Assembly: GCF_018350175.1 (NCBI RefSeq)
Contig: NC_058369.1
Span: 12,340,001 to 12,404,000, forward strand
Length of the DNA: 64,000 nt
Origin: Felis catus
Taxonomy: Eukaryota
Direction: 5' to 3'
Part shown: positions 1 to 12,400 of the stretch, in pieces
How positions within the stretch are numbered: position 1 is the first letter of the stretch
Layout: each line of letters starts with the position of its first letter
Notes under the pieces: generated by a model
Databases searched by the model: none
The model's input: the letters and a program-made list of their open reading frames with translations, nothing else
What the model was told of the DNA's origin: nothing
Made by a program: the position numbers and the translations under genes

Positions 1-1203
1 CTACAGGAAACCTAGAACAAAATCAAATATTTTATCACATCAGGTTGAAAAGTTGGAGAGGACTTTGCATCTTATTGAAAAGAATTTTTCAAAAATGTTT
101 CTGTACAAATAAACGGCACCACACGAGCTGCCCACAGACGCCAAGCGTGGCCTGTCCCACGCCGTCCCCAGTGCCGCCCAGCAGACCCCACTCCCTCCTG
201 GCCTCACCTCCCTCGATGGTGGTGGCTGTGGGGGGGGGGGGGGCGGGCAGCAAGGGGAATGAGGAGTGGGAGGCACAGCCAGGGGTCTCTCTCCACACCC
301 TGGAGCGGAAGGTCCACGCGAGCGCTGGTGTTGGGTTCCTCTAAGTGGAAAACACAGGCCGAGACGCTAAGGGTACAGACTCTCCGAGGGTGTCATTCTG
401 GGACCTGAAGGTGCCTCAGGTCCGTGTCCTCAGAACCTCCGTTTCTGCAGGTACAGCAAACGGCTGACGTTTGGGGAAAAAATTTCAACGCAAACAACTA
501 AAATAAATGAACTAAGGGTCAGCATGTCTCAGAGGAATCGGGTTTCAAATTCTCACTGGGATCCCCTTAGAGCAACATTCCCTTCTCCAAAACTAAAGAC
601 CTGGAGTAGAAACGAGAAGAACCCTGTGTAACTTTGCAAATCAAAAAGGGTTTGTTTTTCTGTTTGGAACCAGCGCCTGGCCTGAGCTTCCCCATCCACC
701 GCACGTCGGCGGGGCACAGGCGGGGCACAGGCGGGCAGGGCCGGCTGGCCCCACACCCGCTCCCAGGCTGCCGGGCCGCTCGCCCAGGGCCTCTCCTCCA
801 CACGCTCCTACTGGTTTAAGCAGAAGCTCAGATCTGCCCGAGGGGAGAGGTGCGAAACAGCCGTGCCTTAAGATGTCAGGGATTCTCATCCAGGGGTGGA
901 GGGTCTCGTGTTTCTCACTTCGCCGTCAAGGGAAGCAGGCTCTGGCCGCGCGGGCCCGGGCATCTCCTGGCGGGGTCGTGCTTCTACGTTAGAGCGGTTT
1001 GCAGGCGGGGCCCGGGGCCTTCCAAGCTATCGAGCATGGTGCTCGTCACTAGGCAGGCTGTGGCCTTCCTTCCTTCTGCCGCTCCCCAGAGATGGAGGCT
1101 GTGTGAGAACTGAGCTGTCCCTACCATCTGTCACTGCCAGTAAGCCAGGAAGGTCCCGGTGGCCAACGCGGTGGCCGAGGCGTGGCTCCCGCCCGCAGAG
1201 CGC
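1..1203 (-). other. CHERP: CHERP 3'UTR (probably ends near or just beyond the window start)
   Basis: Follows the stop codon; AU-rich distal part; no clear minus-strand AATAAA seen inside the window. Confidence 0.7.
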
Positions 1204-1397
1204 CTACTTGCACTCGTCCCTGGCCTTCATGCGGGCGATGAAGGAGTAGCTCTTGTTCCTGCGGTAGTTCTCGTAGGGGTCGTCCAGGGCCACGCCCACA
1301 CCCTTGTACTGGTCCCACTTGTCCCGGACGTCCCCCCCCTTGATGGGGTCCTGGATCCCTTGCTCTTTCACGCCGAGGCCACCAGATCCACTCCAGC
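1204..1397 (-). CDS. CHERP: CHERP exon 17 coding part (G-patch, stop)
   Basis: WSGSGGLGVKEQGIQDPIKGG...ARDECK*; TAG at 1206-1204; AAG acceptor after a pyrimidine tract. Confidence 0.94.
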
Positions 1398-4300
1398 CTT
1401 AAGAAGAAAGGGGGGAGGGCGGTTATAACCCACGAAAGCCGAAATTTGGCACATTTATGTGTGAAGTGAAACAGGACTCCGTGTGCAGAGCTGAATGATG
1501 TGCACGTGTGTGGTCGGCAAGCGTGTAACTGATGAGGTAAGAAAGAATGGCCAGCAAAAACCGCAGGCTCGCCCTCTGTGGAAGTTCTGGCAGAGAGCCG
1601 GAACCTTCTCTGGCTCCCCAGCCCCAAAGGCCCAGAGCGGGTGGTGGTTCTTCCCAGGAACCTTACCCATTTTCACCAGCATCTGATGTCCTTTGTTTTC
1701 TTCCCCGAGCCTTGAATCAGGAATAGGAGGTGCTGAATTAGAACCCAGACCAGCCGAGGAACTAAAATTAAGACAGGTTACGTTTTTTAAAAACGAGCGG
1801 ATACATTTATTGGAATGAAAACTCTTAGAATATTACAGCGTGTGGCGTACGTGAAGGTTCACCAGTTAGGAGGACACACACACACATCCTGGGTCTCTAT
1901 CATTCTTCTTTGTCATCTTCGCCAGCCAGGTAGGGGAGCTCCCTAAGATGGCCCCTGCCCCACGGCGAGCGGTGAGGGCAGGTCACACGGAACCCCCAGA
2001 AGGGTCAGACACAGCCCAGGCGCCACCTCAGGCTTTACAGCGTTACCACAAAAAAGGCAAGAGCGTGGTGTGAGGCGAGGCGGTGCCACTGTCACCGCGC
2101 TAGAACTCGGGGTCCCCGAGGTGCCACCTCAGCACGGGCCACCGGGAGCACGTCTTCTAGCGACAGGTTTCAACATTCACAGCAAAGCATCAGAGGGTTC
2201 CAGCGCTACCAGCGGCCACTGGACAGTTAAGACAGAAATCTTACGGCGGGGTGGGGCTCCTGGACCGCGACCGGCGTCTCCGTCCCGGGGAGTAGGACTT
2301 GGAGCGGGAGCGGGACCGTGAGCGGGAGCGGCTCCGGGAGGAGCGAGACCGGCTGCGGCTCCTGCAGGGAGGACAGGGCGGGCGGTCGGCGGGGGCCACG
2401 GGCCACGGGCGCCACGGAGGGGCCTCGGTGCGCGGGCGGCACCCTGCCTACCTGGAGCGGGAGCGGGAATAGGAGCGGGAGCAGGAGCGAGATCTGGACC
2501 TGGAGTACGAGCCCGAGGACTTGGACGACCTTGAGTTGGAGCGGGAGGAAGAGCGCCCTCGGCTCTTGGATCTGCTCCGAGACCGTGAGGGTCCACTGCA
2601 GGGAGAGAGCTGGTGAGCAGCGCCCCCGGCTTTCGGGAAGACCCCGGGCAAACTTCTGGTGCTGGCGTCTCAGGTTTAACTTGGGCCTCGCGTGAAAAAA
2701 CCCCCAGGCCCAGGCAGGGGCCGGACTGACCTCCCTCTGCCCCCTGCCCCCTGCCAGGGGGAGACGGGCCAGCCTGGGGCGGGAGGTGACAGCGCGTCTG
2801 CCCGGCACAGGCAGAGCCCCGCTGTAGTTTGGGGAGGCGGGTGGACCGTGAGCGGGCCCCCCGTGCGCTCACCTGTTCCGCTTTTCCTGGCCCTTCCTCC
2901 GCCGCGCCCGCATCTTCGCTCGAAAGAACTCATAGAGGCCGTTCTGCTCCCAGCCTTCGCTGTAAGACACAGGCCTTCCCATGTGACTCCGTGCGCCTCC
3001 CTCCCGCACCCAACTGGGGAAAGTTCACGTCCGGGTGTGCGGCCCTCCCTTCCCTCGTTCACTCGGACACTGAGCAGGGTCCCTCACCCGGGTGAGCAGA
3101 GGCCGCCCTTCTTCGCACGGGAAAGCGGGCCAAGAGGCCGGGCCTCCCACTGGGAAGCAGTCAGGCTGGGCTGCACGCCCGGCTCCCATGCCTTTTCCAC
3201 ATCAGCATTTCCCCAAACAGCTCAAACGGCTGTTAGGGCCTACGATGTTCCTAACAGGGAACCTGGAGCTCTGACTCCCAGATGACAGGCCTGTGGCCCT
3301 GCAAAGGGCAGGCCATGAGCTGTGAGATCATGAACTGACCCGAAATCAAGAGTCAGACGCCCAAACGACCGAGCCACCCAGGCGCCCCTACGCCTAGCGT
3401 TGTATAGGCCACCACTTTCCTCACCTGGACCTCACACTACCCTGGGCAGAAGGCGTGGAGTCTTTCCCATAAACTAAACTCAGGAGAGTCAGGCCAGGAG
3501 AGGGGACAGGGCCACCCTCCCATCACCAGCTGCATCCCCAGTCTCCCCGAGCCCCGTACCTGTTCCTGGGCCTGTCGTGGGACGGAGGGCTGTAAAAGGC
3601 CTCCACAGCCGCCAGCAGCCTCTCGCTGGGCGGCATGGGGGGTGGGAGGCGGATGTCTTTTGGGTCCAAAGGCTTGTACTCATGGTCTTCCAGCTGCAGT
3701 GAAGAACACAGGTGTCACGCACGCCAGCCGGAACCCCCATCAGGCCCACCCAGGGTGCTGTGGGCACCGGGGAGTGGGGTGGGGGACACAAGGGCCTGGT
3801 CTGATGAGGGTTACCCCGGGCACGAGTGTTCCTCATCCTGTCCTCGAGAAATCCCACCAGGGCTGCGGCCACACCAGTCATCTGATCCCTTAATGAGGCG
3901 GTTGAGGACTTTTTGGAGACCAATAAAGGCCAGAGTTCTCCCTCCAGAAAACACGTGAGACACAATCTCCAAGGTGAGATGATGGAAAGGCCCCTTGGTT
4001 CACCCACAGACATGATGCAGATCGCAGATACGGCCAGACTTCTGCCCTGTGCCCCCAGCTCCTACCCCAGGGCCCCCTCCCGGGTCAGAGCAGCATCAGC
4101 TCGAGTCAGGGAACCCCCTCGCCAGAAACCAGGTCAGTCTGCCGCCCCCTTGCCGCCCCGGCGCAGCCCTTCTCGACTGCCAGTCTGACGGGGCCTCAGA
4201 GTAGACGAGAAGTGGCTCCTCTCCCAGCGCATCTCTTGAGCGGTTTGCAGCCTGACCTTGCTCCCCTTGCCCCCCACCCCCACCCCCAGCGCTGCCCCTC

Positions 4301-7300
4301 CCTGGATTTCCTGCGGGCCCAGTTCAGAGGCCACACCTTCTCTGAGAAATCCCTCTGCCGTCAGCCACTGGACAAAGTGGCTTCCCAGGGCCAGGGTCAA
4401 GAGGGCTGCACCTCACACCCAGCCTGGCCCACTGCTCATGGCCACAGAACTTGGGGCACCGGGAGGGAAACGTGGAGGGCGCACAGGAGACACGGGCCTT
4501 GCTCATTCTTGCCCCAGGGATTCAAGTCCAGGTAGAGGCGTTGGCTTGGACACATTCCCACTGACCGCTCAGGCTGGCCGGGCGTAGGGAACCAGAGGGA
4601 AGGGGCCCCGGGCGGCAGCATTTGTAGCCTGTGGGGAAGCGGCTCCCACTACTCCTCACATGCGCGAGCAGGTGCTTGCCATGGTGACCTTACCTTCACG
4701 AGGGGCGCCATCAGCCCGGCAGGCAGATCGAAGTAGGGCACGTTGGGGACCAGGCTAGGGTCATCATGGTTGATGTGGGGAGGGCCCTGTCGCCGCATGT
4801 GGGGGGGCTGCCCATTGAAGCCGTGGGGAGGAGGGCCGAAGTCGGGGTGCTGGGGCCCACCCCAGGGTGGGTGCTCGTTGATCCCAGGATGAGGCATGCG
4901 GTGGCCAGGGTGGTGGTGAGGGGGTCCCATCTCTGCAAAACAGAAACTCCTCTCAGGCCCGCTGGGGGTCGTGATCTGGGTGGCGCTGACAGCACAACTG
5001 AGATCTACAAGGTGATGAGCGCCCGCGGAAGGGGGTCCAGTGACGGGCAAAGATGCCAACACCTGCTCGTGGGCAGCCCTGCCCGGCACCTTCTCTCCAG
5101 CTGCTTCTCACTATCTGGGGTGTTGCAGCCAGGGGGGGAGGATCTGGGTTCAGGGGGACCAGTGCTGCACCCACACCAACACCCGTGGGCTCAAGGCAAA
5201 AACAGGGAACCATAAGGGAAATCACAACATTGTAGCAACGTTATGGGCTGAATTGTGCCTCCCCACCCGAGTACCCCAGGATATGACTATTATTTGGAGA
5301 CGGTATTTAAAAAGGTAACTTTCAGTGAGGTCCCACAGGCAGGCCGACACGACCAGCGTCCTGATGAGGCGAGTGGGATACAGGTACACACAGAGGGAGG
5401 CCGATGTGAAGACGGGGAGAAGACCCCTACTCTCACAGCCCCCAGAGCGGGGGGTGGGGGGGCAAGACACCCTGTGCTTTGGTGCAGCCCTGGGGAAACC
5501 TGTACTGGCCATCAATGTGCTCAGTGGTCCCAACTGAGTTTAGGGTCGAGAATGAATTTTAAAACAAACATAGAAGCAGTGACAGAGTAGAAATCATTTT
5601 TTAAAAAGAGAAATTTAACTAAACTAGAGATTCTTTCCAAAAAAAAAAAAAAAAAAAAATTGGCAACGAACTAGAAAAGCTGGTGAAAACAGCCAGACAA
5701 GGAACCGGGAAGGGGCACCACGTGCCCACTGTGAGGCTTGGGAGCCACTTTGCTTCCACAAACCCCCACATCCTTCCTCACGTGCAGGACAGACAGACGC
5801 AGCACCCTCTTCCCAGGCTGTGTGGGAAACAGGAGCAGGACTTCCCACCCTGCCAGCCAGCCGGCTGTGTGCCACATGCCTCCACCAGGGCCGCCAGCCT
5901 CTGCGTCTCCCCACCTTCCCAAGGGCCCGGCCTGGGCTTCCACAACATCCCGTGACCCTCTGCTTGTCACCTTGACTCGGGGATGTGCCAGGTCCCACAG
6001 CAACGACCCCGAGCTGCGCCATGAGCCCGCTCAGAAGGGCGATCCGTGAGGCGCCTCCTCTGAGCAGGGGACAGGAATGAGGGGCAGGAGGGAGGGCGTG
6101 TACGGGGCCGAGGACAGTCCCCACGGAGGGCGCCTTCGCACTCACCGGCGGGGAAGTCCCCCTGGGGGTAGTCGAAGCGGTGGGGGTAGGGCGGCCGCTC
6201 GAAGGGGTGCCGCGGGGGAAAGTCGTCCTGCATGAAGCGAGGTGGGAAGCGGTTGAAGTTGTGGGGGTGCGGCGGCTGGTTGAACTGTGGGTGCTGCTGG
6301 TGGGGCGGGAAGGGTCCCCGGAAGTGGGGCGGCCGCTGCATGCGGAAGGGCGGCTCGCGCTGGCCTCCGCCCCACGGAGGCTGCTCGTGCTGGCTGTTCC
6401 AGGGGCCCTCGAACTGGCTGTTCCAGTTGGGGTCGGGCTGGCTGTTCCAGGGCGCGTCCCGCTGGCCGTTCCAGCCGGGGTCCCCACGCTGCTCGCCCCA
6501 CATGCCCTCATGGCTGTTGTTCCAGGGTGGGCAGTGGGGCGGCCCGCCCTGGTGGTGCGGGTAGGGGGGCTGCTCGGGAGGCTGCAAGGCAAAGGGCGGA
6601 CGTGAGCCCCCCACGAGGCCGGGCCGGCACCGGCCAACCGCTCTGCGGCACTGGTCTCCGCCCATGGAGGCGGCCCGGCCCCGACCTGGTGCCACCTCCT
6701 TCCCTCTGCCGCGCGGCGGACGCCGTGCTGCCTGGGCGCACCCTGGGCTCACACTCCCAATGCTGCCCCCGCGTCTCAGCGGAGGGGGCTCCCTGTACCC
6801 GCATCCGGGCCAGGCAGGCCCCGGGGCCGCACGACCACCAGACACAGAAGCCGGCGGATGCCCTCTTGTTCCCCCGCCCCTGGGTGCTTGCAGAGCAGCT
6901 GGGCCCAGGGACGCGTGGTGGCGGATGCCTGCTCTGGTGACACTCCCTTCCTTGTCACTTCCCCTCTGCCCTGCACGGTCCTCTGGGCCCCCTCCCGTAC
7001 GAACTCAAATCCTGTCTCAGGGTCTGCTCCCGAGGGCCCGTTCCAGGAAGTGTCTTCCTGCAGGGGGAAGAGAACATGAGCTCTGGATCTCACCCAACTG
7101 CTGCTGTGAGGCTGAAAACGGGGCTTCTAACCCCAAACAGGGCCGGGGGGGGGGATGTGCCCAGGAGGACGACCAGAGGGCCCATCTCTAGGGTCACAGC
7201 TGGGAAGCTCCGCTGACCGCCAGCACAGAGCGGGCCGAGGCTGCACCACACGCTCAGGTCTTTCAAGAAGTCAGAAAGCCAGACTTTAAACGTGGGAATT

Positions 7301-9369
7301 ACTTCAAAATGTGTAAGATACCACGTGGGCAAGCCAGGCCAAGCATGCCTCTGCCTCTGGGCAGACCCTCAGGGAGGTGGCCCTCGTCACGAGCCCATCC
7401 GCCAGTCCCCAGCGAGAAGGTGGAGCCTGGAGACACTGAGGGCTTCTGTTTTCCACACCTACAGAATGGGGACGAGAACTGTTCCCTCAGTAGAGGGCAC
7501 CCATAAAACACCCGATGGCACATGGCTCACAGCTGGCACCCAGAGGTGCGAGCCATCTTTACGGAGACGCCCAATCTCTGGTGAAATTAAATCTCTTGTC
7601 CTGAAGCTGGGGTGGGGAATGGGGACGCAAAGCCACAGACACCCCCTCCCCCCCGCCCATCAGTCCCGAGCTGACTCCCTCCCACCCCCTCCACAGAGTC
7701 CCCTGCCAGGGCTGCATCCATCGGGGGCCGCGGGCTGTGCCTAAAAGTTCTGTCTAATCAGATCCAGTGACCAGAGAGCAGGTGGATCTTTCCAGTGTTT
7801 CCCAGTCATGCGAAGCTGGATGAGATGACCCCGGCCTAGAAATTCTGACCCCAAGGAACCAGAGGCAATGGGCAGCATCTCTGCCCCAGAAAGCACTGCC
7901 AGCCTTCCGTTTCTGACCTTCCTTTTCTATGCAAGCACCGTGTTCTTTGCAGGGTGACAAAATGTTGGCGCTGTGCTAGCTGAACCAGTTAAAGGGGCAG
8001 AAACCGTTCACCTGGCTGTACTCAAACCCTATGAAGCTTCCCAGCCCTCAGAGAACACGGGGTCCTGTGCTCCTAAGGCTGGAAGGAAGTAGCAGGGATG
8101 GGTGTGAAGAGCTGACTTGCCTTGTTCTGCCCCTGCCCCTCAGGAACGTGGGGCTGGTCTCTCTCCCCTACCCGCTCAGCCCCAGGGCCGCGCTGCAGAA
8201 TCTCAGGTTTCCCCAGCAAGCCGGGAAAAGCCCATCGACCCACACAGGACAGCGCCCACCCACCCCCCCCCATCCCCCCTACCGCAAGTTTGGGAAAATA
8301 CCTGCTGCTGGCCCCAAGGAGCCACGGGATGAGGCTGGTCAAACCACGGGGGCTTGTTAGGTGGGATCTGATCATGGGGTCCAGGGCCCCGGGGGCCGGC
8401 AGCGGCAGGATCCTGGACTCCCCCGGAGGCGTCGTACTCAGAGGAGCCAGGCATCTGGATGGGAGGCTTGCTGTCATCTAGAGCCAGGCAGGAAGGTGGT
8501 TAGCAAGGACAACAGTCAGCAGGAGGCGCCGCCCGAAAAGATGTTCAGCGACCACTGTGGGACCAACCCAGGCGGGGCCTTTACCTCTCAGTAAACCCCT
8601 GCTGTGTGACCCCACTGGAAAGCGATCGCCTACAGGACGGCAGTGAGAAGCGGGGGGACTGACCTCACACACAACATACCCCTTCCTCTGAAAGCCTCCC
8701 AACACCTTAACTTCTGCCCCATCTCTCGTTTGCTCAAAAACTCCCACTACTGATTTTTATTAAATGCCCTTCCTACATCTTGTTGAAAGATCGTTCTTTC
8801 CCGGCTCATCTGTTATCTCATGAGACTTTTTACGTGTCGAACCATCCTTCCGCATTCCTGGGGCAAACCCTATTTGACCGTGATGTGCCTTTAAATACTT
8901 TGCTGGATTTCAGGTGGTAAGTAGTTCTGCATTTGTATTCAGAAGTGACGTTGCAGGACCTTTATCGTTCTTTCTCTTTGTCCGTCTGACGTAAAAGTTA
9001 TTCTGGTCTCAAAAAATGATCTGGGCAGCTTTCCTCTCTCTGCGTTCTCTGGGGTAGTTCGTACAGGAAAGGAATCCTCTGATTTGTAAGGGTTTGGTCA
9101 TATTCACCTGTGAAATCTCCGGGCCTAGTGCTTGGAAACAGGTTAGAATCTGGCCCTGGGACTGGGCCCGGTTTGGGGCCCACGGAACCGGAGTCCTTCT
9201 CTGCGGGAGAAGGCTGCCTTCCTGAAGCTGCCTCCCAGGGTGGGTGCTGAGGGAGCCCCGTACCAGGCTGGGTGGTTGGCGGGATGGCAGGGGTGGGTGT
9301 GGGGGCCGGAGGCGGGGCAGGCGGCGGCGGGGTGGCCTTGACTTCAGCTTCCATCTGTGGCATTTGGAT

Positions 9370-9411
<42 letters not shown>

Positions 9412-12400
9412 GGCCAGGCTGTTGACAAACTCCTCGTGCTGCGTCTTGAGGGTCTGGATCTGCTGCTGGAAAGCTAGCTGCACCGGCTGGACCACCGAGG
9501 AGTACTCGTTGATGAGTGTCGCCTGGCAGAGAGAGAGGAGAGCAGCCTCAGGGCTCGCTGCCTCGGCCCAAACCTTCTGGAGCAAACCCTGGAAAGCCCC
9601 TGGAATCTGGGACAGTGCCTTGGGCAGTGAGGCCCAGGAGCCCGGAGCAGGCAGGCAGGTGACTGTCACATAATAGTCTCGACAAGCACAGAGCCTTTGA
9701 ATCTAGCCAAAAACCGGTGACGAGAATGTTCGTTGCAGTTAAGTAAATCCCTAGGAAAGGGAACAAGCCTCGACAGCCATGTCCCTGACTGTCACACAAC
9801 TGTTAAAAACTCAACACTGAGGGGCCCCTGGGTGGCTCAGTCAGTTAAGCAGCCAACTCTTAATTTCAGCTTAGGTCATGGTCTTACAGTTTTGAGCCCT
9901 GTGTCGGGCTCTGCACTATGAGCCTGTGATTCTTGCTCTCCCTCTCTCTGCCCCTCTCCAGCTCGCACTCTGTCTTTCTCAAAATAAACTAAAAACAAAA
10001 AACAAAAAACAAAAAACAAAAAAACAAACAACAAAAAACCCACAAACACTGACAAAATTCTAGGTTATGGTCGTTACTCGCCACACAGCTCTGAGCAAGT
10101 CACAACCTCCCTGAACCTCAATTTCCTCATCTGTAAAATGTAACGGTAATGGGACCTACCTCCAAGGATTTGAGGGAGAACTCAGTGAAATAACACATGC
10201 AAAGAGACTAGGGCAGCACCACGAACATGAACTGTTGTCACCAACTCAGCAGAAAAAAAGCAGTTAACGTCACCGACCGGGTGTTTTATTTCACGACAAC
10301 AAAAAACGGGAAAGTGTTTTTAAAAGTACACCACGCACTTGTTCCTCCTGCCTCTCTGAGCATGAAAGATTCTCCCCTGCGGGGAGGTGGCATTCAAGAC
10401 CATCAAGAGGACACAGCCAACACAGCTTCTGACATTCCCACCAGATCTCTGCAGAAAAACGCTACCTTTCGGCCCGAGGAAAGGGGTAGGAGCTCTGCTT
10501 TTTCTTCTAGCAGCTGTGGATGCGGCAGTGATGCCGGTGCCACAGTAGAGGTGACCAAGGACACCCGGCTGGTCCTCCCCTCCCGGCCCCGCACCCCTGT
10601 CCTCAGAGAGGAGGCAGACATGCACGTACGGGGCACGACCACGACGGCTAAGACTGCCTTGAGGCTTTTTGACGCTTCCGTTGTGCGGAAGCCAGCCCGG
10701 AGGACCGGCGCCGACAGGCCAGAGACTGCCAACAGCAGGGCCTGAATGGGGCAGCCCGGCCGCCAGAGCACCAGGGAAAAGGCAGGTGGGCTCAGCGGGC
10801 AGGGGCTCCCTGGCTACCGTGGACAGGGCGGGAGCCCCCACAGGCTGCTGTTCAGAGCCCGTCCTCCCACTGCTCACCACCGCCCCGGACACACGTGCAG
10901 GAGCCCAGTTTGGAAAACGCCACCCAGCCTCTGAAATCCCCACCCCACCCCACCAGCCGTTCCTGGCTCAGGCGGGGGCTGCGGTCCCCTCGACGTGTGG
11001 CAACATGCTGGGGTCGCAGACGCCCCACCCTCCGGGCCCTGGGGGGGGATCCGCACCGGTCCCGGTGAGCGGCGCGGGTGGAAGTGGCGCCCACCTGGTA
11101 CTGGCCGAGCCCCAGGGCTGGGCTCTGTAGCTGCTGGATGATGGAGTCGTCAAAGTAGCCGTTCTTCTCCCAGAGCTGCAGGAGCTGGACGTGGGGGGAG
11201 GAGGGAGAGGCCGCGTCAGAAGAAAATTCAGTACCACCACCCCCTCTCCCCCCGCCCCCCGGCCCTCTCCCCCTGCCTCTCCCGGCTGCCCCGCGTACCC
11301 GGGCGATCTTCTGCTGCTTGTCCTCCTCCACGGCCAAGAAGCTGGTGCAGTAGATGGGCACCACGACTTTCTGCAGGGCGGCCAGCAGCTCCCTGGCCTG
11401 CTTGCGCTGGCTGTGAGGGAGAGACCTTCCGCGCGTCAGGGCCCTGGGGCGGGACCCGGCCACGCGCCCGTTACCATTGCGGCTCCAGCCACAGCACCCT
11501 CTGCCTTCTCGGGACACGGGCCCCCAACCCGGCCGGGACGAGGGCTGGGCTCCCCACAAGACCTACGCTGGCATCTGGGCCCAAGTGACAGACGGACAGC
11601 AATGGGAGGAGGGAAAGGACAGCCTGGGGACCTTCAGAGCGAGGCCTGTCACCCTGGTCTCCTGATCAGTAAGACAACCCTTTCCCCCCGGTGATGGACA
11701 CAAGGCCTGTAGGAACCCCAGCTGTCCGTGTGGCCTCCCTCAGCCCTGTCCCCCCCTATGCACAAGGAGACCTTGGCTCGAGCTCCACATCTCAGGAGGC
11801 AAGGGAGCGTGCTGGCCATGCCAGCCGGCCCGTCCTCACAACTTCCTAGGGGGCACTCTGTGTACACGGGTGTGGAGGCCCCTGTGGCTGTGCAGTTAGG
11901 TGGCAGAACCCGGTGGTACACGTTGCCTCCTGGAGGAGGATGCAGGGCAGAAGACGAGCAGCCCAAGGCCCTCCCAGCACCTAGCTCACCAGAGGGTGCT
12001 CCGAGAGAGCAGGGAGTGCAGCCCTGGGAAGAGGGACAGGGGAGGGGGAAAAGGGGAGGGCAGTCCTGGGAGGAGGACAGGGCACAGCACTAGGCTTCTG
12101 GACAGAGCAGAGCTCAGGAGGAGCATGGCTGGACAGCTACCAGAAACAGGGCCGTCTCTGCAGAGCTGCCCTGGTCGACACAGTGGCTGGTGAAAGCAGG
12201 AGAGCAGAGAAGGTTCTGAGCAGCTGCCTGTTTCCCCACGGCATAAAAATAATGGAGGGACGAAGCAGGGAGTGGCCAGGTGGTAACAGAGCCATCTGCC
12301 TGGCACAGGAAACAGGGAGCGGAGGGGCGGGGACCCAGACCGCACACTCGCGGCAGGAGATGGGACGAGATGGGGTGAGGGTCGGGAGGGAGGCGGGCAG

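Noticed and set aside
2362..2451. 90-nt CHERP intron 14 as a canonical mirtron
   Set aside because: Only ~12 bp of end-to-end pairing with a bulge; the rest of the stem is poor
5624..6940. 337-aa and 217-aa ORFs overlapping CHERP exon 10
   Set aside because: Alternative-frame or antisense products of GC-rich exon and intron sequence
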